From Bigelowiella natans CCMP2755 (lineage: Eukaryota > Protista > Cercozoa), in assembly GCA_000320545.1 (NCBI GenBank), contig ADNK01000826.1, forward strand, positions 1-64,000: 64,000 nucleotides of DNA, read 5' to 3'. Positions 12,254-22,837 of the stretch are shown piece after piece. Every line of letters starts with the position of its first letter. The first letter of the stretch is position 1. The notes under the pieces are model-generated. The model saw only the letters and a program-made list of their open reading frames with translations. It ran no database searches and was not told where the DNA came from. A program made the translations under genes and the position numbers.

Positions 12254-13447
12254 AGTTTTTGGCGTTCTCCACAAAGCAGCAGCCCAGGCAGGCAGGTGTT
12301 CCTCAATGGCTTTTTAATGATTGAACAGGCGGAATGGAGATGGAGGCCAGACAAAACATGCGACAATAGAATATGCTGGAAAATTGACAATAGTGCATGG
12401 AAACGTTTCCAACTGCGGTTGTTCGCGAAGTCAATGTTTTGGTGACATAAATCCGATGGAAATCCTCGTACGCTCGAACGTGCTCGAGGCAACCTTTTTG
12501 ATGTCAGTTGTTGTCGCATCATAAAAACGCCGTGTCTGCTGCCGACGTTAGCTTGCATTTTGGAGCACTCCGCATAAGTTCGTGGTTCTGATCGCCTGCG
12601 GGGAATGTCCCAAAGCGTATTTCAGACTCACTCCTGTTGTCCAGTGGTGTTGCATGTACATCGTCGTACCTTCAACGCTTTCATCACGAGGAAGGCTGTT
12701 CATTTCGACATTCCAACCTAGACGCACCTCAAGCAGATCAAGAGCGGGTGAGAAGTGGGTCCCATCTAGCCATCCCCATGCTAGCTAGCATGAGACTCTC
12801 GCAATTTCTCAGTTCACCACCCCCTCAGGCTGCAAATGGCACCCAAAAAAATGTTGCTCTTGCAGGAGAAGGAGCGAAGCAAACAACAAAGAAGAACAAG
12901 AGAAAGGAAAAGACACGGCATTAGAATCTCATCAGCGAGGAAATCGACTGACATGCATGACGCTAGAGCGGCGGCTTGCTGTTTGTTTGAGCTGGTGTTG
13001 CATCGCGTTGCTTTTTCATGCTTCATACCATATTGCTCTGATTTGCACAAAATTAAAAATGACATGATGTGCATGTTTCTTCAGGACTAGAGGAGTGCTA
13101 TAGACAATGTGCACAGCATCACGGCATGTGTGCACACACGACATGTGTAGCATGCGTTGCGAGTACACAGCAGCTTCTAGAACTTTTGGGTGCATTGCTC
13201 TACTGCACTACTACAGCATGGTCTGAATGCTGTACGTCTATCTATCCTCGTAATGCCTCGAGTCAGATATATCGCATGACTACATTGGCACCGCGCAGCC
13301 GCGCATACAACGCAGATCACTATTGTCTGCATTTTGCGAACTGGCTTCGCTGATTTGCACCGTGATGTGTAATTCATTATTCGACCCCTCCACAAACTAA
13401 CAAGGTTTCTGTATAACCTCATACTAAGCTACCCCTATTTTTTAAAT

Positions 13448-14846
13448 TCAATTCTGGTTTCGGATTTTTGCTGCCCTGAGTGCCATTGCTCTGGCTTTAC
13501 TCTGAGTAAATATCAATGTTATATCTCCAACTGGTCTTAGTATCATAAAAGGCTTTCAAACCTGTAAGATGCGCTCTCTTTCAGCAATTGTTATGAAGCT
13601 ACGAGATTGGCTTGAACTGCTGTTGGACAGTCTCCTTTTCTTTCTTTCTTCTCGCATCTTCAAAAGGCGATCCTTCGCGCTCAGATTTTGCAAGTGAAGT
13701 ACCTTGTCTAGTTTGTTCGCGTTCTTTGCCACATTTTCATCCACGCGTTTTGCTACATTTCTATTGGAATATGGACTGTGGATGAGTGCTTCTGCTTCTT
13801 CATCATCCTCATAATTATTTCCAGTTGCAAGGGACTCTTCCCAGGGGTACTCCTCATCTTGACATGGAGCAAAGGAATCAGATTTCCTTTTGGTGGCATT
13901 ATGTTTTGTTGTCCAGCCAATTTCTTCTGGGGTATCCTTGGCTAAAGGTCGCGCGCCGAGTTTTAAGGTTCTATAGTATTCCTTAACCTAAATTGATCTA
14001 GGATGATGTAAGGTTCTTACGCTTTATAAATAGTGACCTTCGGGTGAGCCTTGACCTTAGAGCGATCAAAGCTTGTCAAGGACAGGCCGTCGAGAGATCG
14101 AATGCGGCTCACTGCGACGTAAAGCTGACATGCAATAGAAAATGTTAATTTCGCTTTTAGTAACGAACATGATGTGTCTACTTGTCCAAATTCAAAGCAA
14201 TCTGCAAGAGACATCGTTGCTTTGTCGATCGTCATTCCTTGACATTTATGGATAGTAAGAGCCCAAGCAGCAACTAATGGTATCTGCACCCGGGAAGCCA
14301 TCGTCTCTTCTCCAGATGATATCTTCCATTCTTCCGGACCAACGGAACACTCTACCCTGTAATAGTAATGGTAAATAGGACGCCAATGTATTCAAAGAAC
14401 AAATTTTTTTCACCCTGAAAAGAACCGGACAATTGGTACTATCTCTTCGGAAGTTTTCCCGTCTTCGTCTTGAAATTTTTGGGTTGTATACCCTGTCACG
14501 ACTCCGCGGGAGCCATTTACTAGTCCCTTTTCGAAATCCAAATTCTTAAGCAACATTACCTGTTTGTAGTCACTTAGTACTTGAACATGAAATATGTGCA
14601 ACAAGGGGATACCTGTGCTTTTTCCTTCAACCTTAAGACAGCGGGAGCAGGACAGTTCTTTTGGAGGTTGTTGAGATGCATCTGGTTGCCGGAGTCCTCG
14701 GCCATAAAGACATGCTCTTCCGTTCGCAACATTTCCATACGCTCCTCATTCTCTCGCTTTACAGACCTTTTGTTGGGGTATAATCTGGTCGGTTCTATGC
14801 CATCCTCAATTGATAGTTTCCTAAGTGATATTCTGTGAATTTCATG

Positions 14847-14894
<48 letters not shown>

Positions 14895-14933
14895 TGGTTG
14901 AGTAAATATGTTGAGTAATGTTGGGGGAAAATA

Positions 14934-15004
<71 letters not shown>

Positions 15005-16714
15005 GTGAATGGGCTTCATTACTTATTTAAGCAGGATCTTAAAAGTTTCTCTGACTCCGCGTTGCAGCTTCCCATCCGCAAATCGTTTAAAATCTTAACA
15101 AGTTTTTGATTCTTTTGCCGAAACACTTTGGTGAGTACAATTTCTGCGTTGTAAGTTTCAGATTTCAATTCAATTTAAATCAACATTGTTAAAAAGCTAA
15201 CCGTGAGTAACGCAAGATCTCCATGACCTGAGGGGAATGTTAAAAATAAATAGCAAAAATAAGACACGTAGATATTTATTGAAATCGATCACTCCTACCG
15301 GGCTTCGAAGGCAAATTTCATGTTCATTGACACCGGCGGGAGTTGCAAGAAATCCCCGCAGAGTATAACTTGTAGTCCCCCAAATGGCTAGTTATAGATA
15401 TCAACTCAGATGATTTAATTTTACAGTAAATTTAAACAAAAACCTTATCGTGCTCTCCTCGAACGTCTGTAGTTTGAAAAATATGTGATTAAGTTTCGAA
15501 TTTGAACAGCGGATGAATGGACCCTACCTCTCGCAATTTGTTCGATTTTATCGAATAACCCAGACTCAATCTAAAAAAGCAAAACCGTCAATTTCTGCAT
15601 GGTGCCCCAATAAACTGTAACTTACCATTGAAACCTCATCCACGATTAGAACTTTCGAATTCTGCCACCTCATCATTGTCCTCCTGCTACGTCTTACACG
15701 TTGAAGCAGAGTCTTAACAGGCTCCTTGCCTAGATTTCGAAAAGTGCATTAGTTACATAAGAGGGAGAATATGAGAATATCTCACCAAAGCCGATTCCGG
15801 CGAATGAATGCAATGTCCTTCCTCCAATATTCACGGCAGCCATTCCTGTTGATGCAGTCACCTGTAGGCAAATGCTCGGGTTGAGTTGGAAGTATTGCAC
15901 GTCATACTATTTTATGTGACTATATTCATATATTTTTCTAGGACCTGAACTTCCCCATCGTTGTATTTCTTATTAAGATTTTTAATTAGGCGACGTAACA
16001 CGTAGGATTTGCCTGTTCCCGCTGCCCCAGTGAAGAAGAAACTTTCCCCTTTGTCTGCTAATTGTAACACGTACTCCTGCTCCGGACTCAGTTCTAAGCT
16101 ATCAATTTTGTCTGTGGTCTCCGTAGCTCCATTTGGTCTGAAATATGCATTTCCCAATCGTAATCATCACAACTTTTGATCATGTTGGGTTTACGTTTTG
16201 AATTTAGCCGTCCGACTGCTTGCAGTCCTTCCACCTTGGGCAAAAACCTGAAATCGCCTCTTATTGGCATAATTTTTTGACGAAGTTGTTAGATCTATGA
16301 AGCTTTGATCCCGGGACGCGGGACGAGGTCGCCTATCTTGATATCTTGACCATGGGCGAGAATTTTGATTACTTCTACGATTGTTATTCCTTCGAGATTC
16401 CAATTCTCGTCTTCCTATACTTGGACCTAGTTTCTTAGAATCGCTGTTGTTTTTCCGTCCAAAGTCTACAATTCGACCTTCATTTGCATTATTACCTTAG
16501 TCATCAACTGTCCAAGATCTACACTTATATGAATTCGGTCGTAACTATCTCTCATTCCCTCCCTCTTCTCCCCTTCAAGGGGAAATAATTACTGTGCGTT
16601 AGTAAAATTTAATACGTATACATATGACGGGACACACTGATACCAGTGGTCAGAGATTAAGAAACTAGTTAGCGACGACAGTTTAAAAAACTACTTTGAT
16701 ACATCTTCCTCATA
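13448..16714 (-). CDS. PIF1: PIF1-family 5'-3' DNA helicase, multi-exon; start approximate
   Basis: [107 protein letters not shown]. Confidence 0.93.
14847..15001. repeat. Compound microsatellites (TC)n(TA)n and (CA)n(TA)n in a PIF1 intron
   Basis: Directly visible. Confidence 0.95.
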
Positions 16715-17121
16715 GGCCTTTGGGGAAGAAGCTCACGTCGAAAGGGGATAGACAGAAACACTCTCCCGCGTTTGTGGATTAGATGGGTGAAAATCTCAGT
16801 TTTGGTAGATTTTTCCTGTCGTAGCCTACTTATCTCCTCAATTTACTTTCTTTTTTTCTTTGGCATGTCGGCATGCCAGTTCTCACGACAACGTCCAGGA
16901 CGCAATCTGCATGATGGGCAACGCAATTCCATGCATGCAATGTGCACATGGCATTGCGTAGACAAGGTGATTCCATGTGTGCAATGTGCACATGGCATTG
17001 CATTGTGCGTCTGCAATCTGCAGAAACCCGCGTTCGTGTGAAAAAGCACTGGATGAATCAACTCATCACCTGCTAGCCTGGCAGTGCGATGGAGACACAG
17101 AGACACTTGTCGATCGCACGA

Positions 17122-17447
17122 TGTAGCGCGTACCACTACGCGGGCACAAGTCACGTGCGACAACAAAGGGGTTGTCGCGGATATAGAATATAGATAACGT
17201 AGATATTAATACAGCATAGGCACGTGGGTTCCGGCGGGACTCATGGCAGCACACCGGAAGTGTGCTGCCCCACGTGCGGCGGCATTCGCGAAAGCTTCGC
17301 GAATGATTACGCAGTGCACGATTTAATAAAAATATAATCTTTAATAAAAATAAACACAACTCTTCAAAAGGAAGCAAACGTGCCTTTCCCCCCCCCTGCC
17401 TACTTGTGCACGTAGCGCCTCGGCCTGTGAACACCTTACGCGCAACA
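17122..17447 (+). repeat. 5' LTR
   Basis: TGTAGCGCGTA...TACGCGCAACA (11-bp terminal inverted repeat, 1 mismatch); matches 22512-22837; doubled TTTAATAAAAATA poly(A)-signal region. Confidence 0.97.
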
Positions 17448-17452
17448 ACCTT

Positions 17453-17470
17453 TGGCTTCCACACACGGGA
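17453..17470 (+). promoter_or_regulatory. Primer-binding site
   Basis: TGGCTTCCACACACGGGA starts 5 nt after the 5' LTR and is complementary to a tRNA-like 3' end ...UCCCGUGUGUGGAAGCCA. Isotype not established (Glu/Asp-like). Confidence 0.75.
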
Positions 17471-17486
17471 AACGATTTGACTAACA

Positions 17487-20400
17487 ATGTCACAGCAGCT
17501 AGAAGAACAGCAGGACTTTGGCTCGCAGGCCGTGCAAGGGCACGAGCAGAAACAGGAAAGGAAGGGCGATACGGACGCTAAGGAAGGAGGAGGAACACCT
17601 CCACAGGCACCGCCGGGACCAGCACCCGGGATTAAGAAAGCAGATGCAGCAGCAGAGGCACTGGAGAACTTCTACGAGGCGGACGACGAGGACGTGGCCG
17701 CCGAAAGCAAGAAGGTCGTAATGGCATTACGAGCCTTGCGACCCAGGGCGAGCAACTACGCCAAACTGAAAGTATCGATAGAATACAAGTATCAGACACA
17801 TGATGTTTGGGCAGCTATCATGCAGGACATCATGGATTACGAAGCAGACTTACCTCCAGAGTGGGCAGCTTTGTTTAGGAACGACGGGGGTCTGGGCGCC
17901 TCGCGGGGGACGACCCAGAGCACCGTCAAGCAGCAGCAGCCGGTACAGCGGAACACCCAGTTCATGTCTGTTAAAACAGCACCGGTTATGATAACGAAAT
18001 ACAACGGGAAAAGAGGTGAGGCAAGGAGGTGGTGGAAGAACGCTAGGAGTATACTCTGCGACTTTACCCCTAACCCCACCGAAAACGACAAGCTCAAATG
18101 GCTAGCTATAATAAAGCAAGCCATGGACCTTTACGAGACAGGCAGGACCCGGATCAGGCAGCTAGAGAAAATACACACTACAGTTAGTGGGCTACGAGAC
18201 GTTGAGGCGATAATGAAGGCTTTTGTAAATGAACAGGATGCTAACTCCCTACCCCAGGCTATTAGAAAATACAGAGCAATGATGCAGCATGAGAGAGAAC
18301 CTGTTAGAGACTTTGCCACGCGCTTCCAGGATATGATCGACGAACTACATGATTTTAATTACAACACAGGTGATGATCAGGCAAGGTTTGAAGAGTTCAA
18401 GTTAAAGATAAAGGAATCCACTTACGTTACGGAGAAAGGCTACACCACGATGGAGGCAGCAGTGCAGGCTATATCCCTACGCGAGCAGGAGCAGGACCGC
18501 AAGTTTACCAGCCCTAAGGTACCTGGCATAGGAAACATTAACGCTATTAAGCCGCAGCGAGACTGGTACAAGGACAGGGAAGGTAACCGACGTTGCGGAT
18601 ACTGCTCACGTAAAGGGAAACACACCGCTAAAGACTGCAGAGACAGGAAAGAAGGACGACCCAGGATGACGATCAGGCAGCTCAACGAACACTACGAGAA
18701 GTTAAAGAGAAAGAAAGGCAGAGGACAAGGATATAACAACAGCAAATGGCAAGGCAGCAACAACGGGAAGAACAATAAATATAAGAACAAAAAGCAGAAC
18801 AGTATCAATGCTATACAGCAGCAGATAAACGGAATATTAGATCACCTTAAGCAGGCGCCGACGAAGACAGCAGTACCAGCAACGCAGGACCAAGACAAGC
18901 CCATGACCCTAGACGACATAAAGAACTTAGGAGTATGCAACATTAATGACGAAGACGCTAACAGGACTATCAAAGTTGCTATGACCAAGGTTAAAGTTAA
19001 AGACAGCTACGGAGACTACAAGAAACTACCTGCCCTTTGGGATAGTGGCAGCATGCCGAAGTCCTTCATAAGCCTAAGCACAGTAAGAAGGTTAGGACTA
19101 TTGGATCAAGTGACTAAGAAAGAACGTAAATATGCTCAAGCAGACGGAAGCTCTTCCATGAAGACCGTCGGTGAGCTAATGCTAAAGCTACAGATACCTG
19201 GCAGCGACGCGGAGACCCAAATCAAGACCCGAGTAGCCATGACTTTATCCATGGAACTACTCCTCGGACAGGATGCCCTAGAAAAATTAGGGGGGATCAT
19301 ATCATTCTACAATCACAAGATATACTTTGCTAAGTTGCCAAAGAAGTCAGGCAGGACCATCAGCCAGAACATGATACGGCTTGACGAGTGGACCTCTGAG
19401 TCAAGCGTTAATGCGTTAGAGTTTATGGACCTAGCGGACAACAAGCTACCTACACCTACCGAGCTACGGAAGAAGAACCCCGGCAAGACCATCCGACAGA
19501 TAACGGAGCTACTGGACAAGACCCCCCCAGCTGATGATTGGGATATCGACAAAGGCAAAAAGTACATTAATAAAATATTAAACGAGAAGTACTCTGACAT
19601 CACCAAGCCGACGACGAAGCCCTCCAGCAAGCTTACCCCAGTAAAGATCGAGCTAAAGAAGGGATACGAAGAGTGCATCATCAATGACCCAGAACATAGG
19701 CGACCGGAAGCGGACTGGGAAAAGATAGAGTGGCAGATCAATGAATGGGCAAAGGAAGGGAAGATAGAGCCAAGCAACTCACCATGGAACGTGAGACATG
19801 TGCTAGCTAAGAAACCTACTTACCCTTTCTTCCGCCTGGCGCACAACTTCATCCGCCACAACCGAGTAATAAAGAGGATCCAGACACCTACACCAAGGAT
19901 AGATGACGTTATTGAACACGTCATAGGATACAAATACTACTCTTCCCTAGATAAAAATGAATCATACATGCAGACACCCATCCACAAAACCTCCCGCCCC
20001 ATTACCGCGTTCTCCAGCAGGCACAGGAAGTGGCACTTCGTCGTATTCCCTTACGGCCTAAGCATATCAGGGGATGCGTTCAGTAGTCAGAACTACAGGG
20101 CATACACACATGATGGGATGGCGTCTGTGTTGTGGGTGTTTGTGTTTGTGTATGTGGATGATGACATAATATGTACCAACACAGTCGTCGCTCAGATCTT
20201 CCTCCTGGAAAATATATTTATTAGGTTTGCACACTTCGGTTTTACTATTAGACTGCAGAAGTGTACATTCCTAGCTACAAGAATCAAGTGGTGTGGATAT
20301 TACCTGGAGCAAGGCCGCATCACCCCAAACCCCGAGAAAGTAGCAGCACTACAGCAAGCCCCTAAACCTAAGAATGCAAAGGAGTTAAAGTCATTCTTGC

Positions 20401-22460
20401 AGACTGCAGCTTGGATACTACGTAGGTTCTCCCCTACCTACGCTAGGACTGCAGCTGCTTTTACTACTGCTTACCGGAAGGAGAACTCTGTAGGCCTCAG
20501 CTTCGCTAAGGTGTGGGCCAAGGCTGGCCTTGATGCCCACTTCGATAACCTAATAAAGTTATGCAGCAACACCCTATTGAATGCTAAGCTAGACACTACT
20601 AGACCAGCTACCCTATGGACAGACTGGTCTAAGCTAGGTATGGCTGCTGTACTTACCCAAGACCAGCAGATCATACGGGTGTGGGGCAGGGCCTGCACAG
20701 CAGCTGAGGCCAAGTACAGCCCTACAAAAGGAGAGTATAAAGCCATGACTGAGGCGCAGAGGAAACTAAGATACTACCTGCTGTCGGTGCCCAGCTTCAC
20801 CTTAATGACTGACCACAAGCCCCTCCTAGGCATCGACCGCAAGCTCGAAGCGCCTAACGATGAGTATGCAGCTATGAGGGCGGACACGGAAGAGTTTAGG
20901 GACAAGAGGACAGTGGTCTACGCACCAGGAGACAAGCAGCTTGCTGACTATTTCAGCAGGCTGTTCGAAAAGAAAGTCCCTACCCAGGTCACCCCTATGG
21001 TTAACGCGATTACCTTCGAGGACGGCGACTTCCTGCCTGAGCCAGAGGAGCTCCAGCACCTTCAAGAACACCTGGATAAATACAAACACAAGCATGAGGT
21101 ACTTAGTGATAGGATATATGTATACACTAATAATGTTAGGCGTACCTACGTGCCACGGCGGACCAGGGGAGCCCTTCTCTTTACCGCCCATGGACCTGCA
21201 CACGTAGGAGAAAACCATATCACTGCTCTACTCTACCATTACTACTGGCCCTACAAGCTAAAAGAGATAAGGACATACCTGCGTGGCTGCAGGTGCTCCA
21301 GCTTGAAGGCGGCAGGCGTCGCCACCAAGGAGTCCAGCAAGAGCCGTGCATCTAAGAAAATCAAAGCAAGGAACTTCTTAGATATCGTGCAAATTGATGT
21401 TTATAAGTACGATGGCTATCACTACCTTACCTTCGTTGATGTGGCCACTGGAAAGTGCTGGGTTAAAAAGATTATCAAGGTCAACGTTGCTAAGAAGAAC
21501 AAAGGCTTATATAAGCAGAGGCTTACTAACTGCTACCGTACCTGGGAGTCTGAGCTCCAGGCTATCCCTGATGAAGTTAGCATAAACAAGATACCAAAGA
21601 AGTTACATGTGGATAATGAGACCTCTCTTCTACAGCTACCACACCCTAATATTGATGCCTCACCTGTATACTATGCCCAGTCCAACTCCAAGGTAGAGCG
21701 ACTCCACCGCACCTTGGCCAACCTAAGCAGGATAAATAGCACCACACCAGACAAGATACAAGGGTTAGTAAACGACACCTTCACGTCTGGGGGAGGTATC
21801 AAGGATAAGGAGAGGGAAGAAGGCGACGACAACGACGACGATACCGAGAGCGAAGACGAGAAGGTCCCGTACGATGGCCGAGTTCTAAAGGAAGGACAGT
21901 ATGTTAGGGCCAAGGTAAATCTGAGATCGAGAAATAAACAAGACCCCTTCTGGGGTGGCGTTGCAAAGGTTACCGAGAGGAAGGGGAGGAAGCAGTACTA
22001 CATCTATGATGGGAACAGGGTCACCTTGCGCCACATCAGTCACCTAAAGAATTATGATATCGGTGAGAAGCTCCTAGAGGATGTTAAAGTAAACCCTACT
22101 GTGTGGGAGCGAGCAATGCCTTGTTTAGGACCCCGACCTAAGTTCGATGTGGAATATGGAAACAATAAGGTCAGGGTGAACGACGATTGGCGCATGAAGA
22201 TTGTCTATCTAGGCTACCCTGGATTACGAAATATGGAGAGGGTAGCTATGAAAATAAAGGACGGAAAATATCAGCTACTCTACCTAGCTGTTCCCGACTT
22301 ACCCTTTGAGCACTGGTATAAGGTCCTGGGGGACCTTGATGCAGAGGGCTGGTATGGACACGAACCTAAGGACGAAGGTGAGTTCTGGGTAAGCGACAAA
22401 GGAGATAAGGTTAGAGAGGAATCTATTACCTGGTGGTTGGTGAAGTTCCGAAAGCGATGA
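17487..22460 (+). CDS. Gag-Pol polyprotein (1657 aa): Gag/zinc knuckle, aspartic protease, RT, RNase H, integrase, SH3-like tail, C-terminal adenine-MTase-like domain
   Basis: CGYCSRKGKHTAKDC; ALWDSGS; SPWN, SSLDKNESYMQ, FPYGL, YVDDD; WTDWS..GEYKAM..TDHKPL..ADYFSR; HGPAH..CRC, QIDV, HVDNE, SNSKVERLHRTL. Confidence 0.96.
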   Translation: MSQQLEEQQDFGSQAVQGHEQKQERKGDTDAKEGGGTPPQAPPGPAPGIKKADAAAEALENFYEADDEDVAAESKKVVMALRALRPRASNYAKLKVSIEYKYQTHDVWAAIMQDIMDYEADLPPEWAALFRNDGGLGASRGTTQSTVKQQQPVQRNTQFMSVKTAPVMITKYNGKRGEARRWWKNARSILCDFTPNPTENDKLKWLAIIKQAMDLYETGRTRIRQLEKIHTTVSGLRDVEAIMKAFVNEQDANSLPQAIRKYRAMMQHEREPVRDFATRFQDMIDELHDFNYNTGDDQARFEEFKLKIKESTYVTEKGYTTMEAAVQAISLREQEQDRKFTSPKVPGIGNINAIKPQRDWYKDREGNRRCGYCSRKGKHTAKDCRDRKEGRPRMTIRQLNEHYEKLKRKKGRGQGYNNSKWQGSNNGKNNKYKNKKQNSINAIQQQINGILDHLKQAPTKTAVPATQDQDKPMTLDDIKNLGVCNINDEDANRTIKVAMTKVKVKDSYGDYKKLPALWDSGSMPKSFISLSTVRRLGLLDQVTKKERKYAQADGSSSMKTVGELMLKLQIPGSDAETQIKTRVAMTLSMELLLGQDALEKLGGIISFYNHKIYFAKLPKKSGRTISQNMIRLDEWTSESSVNALEFMDLADNKLPTPTELRKKNPGKTIRQITELLDKTPPADDWDIDKGKKYINKILNEKYSDITKPTTKPSSKLTPVKIELKKGYEECIINDPEHRRPEADWEKIEWQINEWAKEGKIEPSNSPWNVRHVLAKKPTYPFFRLAHNFIRHNRVIKRIQTPTPRIDDVIEHVIGYKYYSSLDKNESYMQTPIHKTSRPITAFSSRHRKWHFVVFPYGLSISGDAFSSQNYRAYTHDGMASVLWVFVFVYVDDDIICTNTVVAQIFLLENIFIRFAHFGFTIRLQKCTFLATRIKWCGYYLEQGRITPNPEKVAALQQAPKPKNAKELKSFLQTAAWILRRFSPTYARTAAAFTTAYRKENSVGLSFAKVWAKAGLDAHFDNLIKLCSNTLLNAKLDTTRPATLWTDWSKLGMAAVLTQDQQIIRVWGRACTAAEAKYSPTKGEYKAMTEAQRKLRYYLLSVPSFTLMTDHKPLLGIDRKLEAPNDEYAAMRADTEEFRDKRTVVYAPGDKQLADYFSRLFEKKVPTQVTPMVNAITFEDGDFLPEPEELQHLQEHLDKYKHKHEVLSDRIYVYTNNVRRTYVPRRTRGALLFTAHGPAHVGENHITALLYHYYWPYKLKEIRTYLRGCRCSSLKAAGVATKESSKSRASKKIKARNFLDIVQIDVYKYDGYHYLTFVDVATGKCWVKKIIKVNVAKKNKGLYKQRLTNCYRTWESELQAIPDEVSINKIPKKLHVDNETSLLQLPHPNIDASPVYYAQSNSKVERLHRTLANLSRINSTTPDKIQGLVNDTFTSGGGIKDKEREEGDDNDDDTESEDEKVPYDGRVLKEGQYVRAKVNLRSRNKQDPFWGGVAKVTERKGRKQYYIYDGNRVTLRHISHLKNYDIGEKLLEDVKVNPTVWERAMPCLGPRPKFDVEYGNNKVRVNDDWRMKIVYLGYPGLRNMERVAMKIKDGKYQLLYLAVPDLPFEHWYKVLGDLDAEGWYGHEPKDEGEFWVSDKGDKVREESITWWLVKFRKR

Positions 22461-22467
22461 AGGTCTA

Positions 22468-22511
22468 AGGGAATAAGGAAGGAAGGAAGGAGCAACGTGA
22501 CTTGGGGGAGG
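22468..22511 (+). promoter_or_regulatory. Polypurine tract region upstream of the 3' LTR
   Basis: Purine-rich ...AAGGAAGGAAGGAAGGAG...TTGGGGGAGG immediately before the LTR TGT. Confidence 0.8.
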
Positions 22512-22837
22512 TGTAGCGCGTACCACTACGCGGGCACAAGTCACGTGCGACAACAAAGGGGTTGTCGCGGATATAGAATATAGATAACGTAGATATTAAT
22601 ACAGCATAGGCACGTGGGTTCCGGCGGGACTCATGGCAGCACACCGGAAGTGTGCTGCCCCACGTGCGGCGGCATTCGCGAAAGCTTCGCGAATGATTAC
22701 GCAGTGCACGATTTAATAAAAATATAATCTTTAATAAAAATAAACACAACTCTTCAAAAGGAAGCAAACGTGCCTTTCCCCCCCCCTGCCTACTTGTGCA
22801 CGTAGCGCCTCGGCCTGTGAACACCTTACGCGCAACA
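22512..22837 (+). repeat. 3' LTR
   Basis: Direct repeat of 17122-17447, followed by TSD ACGA. Confidence 0.97.

Larger units (their letters stand above)
17122..22837 (+). mobile_element. Full-length Ty3/Gypsy-type LTR retrotransposon, recently inserted
   Basis: Two 326-bp LTRs with no difference found by eye, TG...CA ends, 4-bp TSD ACGA (17118-17121 and 22838-22841), PBS, PPT, single gag-pol ORF in the order PR-RT-RH-IN. Confidence 0.97.

Noticed and set aside
17220-17320. HDV-like or hammerhead ribozyme in the LTR
   Set aside because: A P1-like stem followed by GG and a P4-like hairpin is present, but there is no P3/L3 arrangement and no CUGANGA core.
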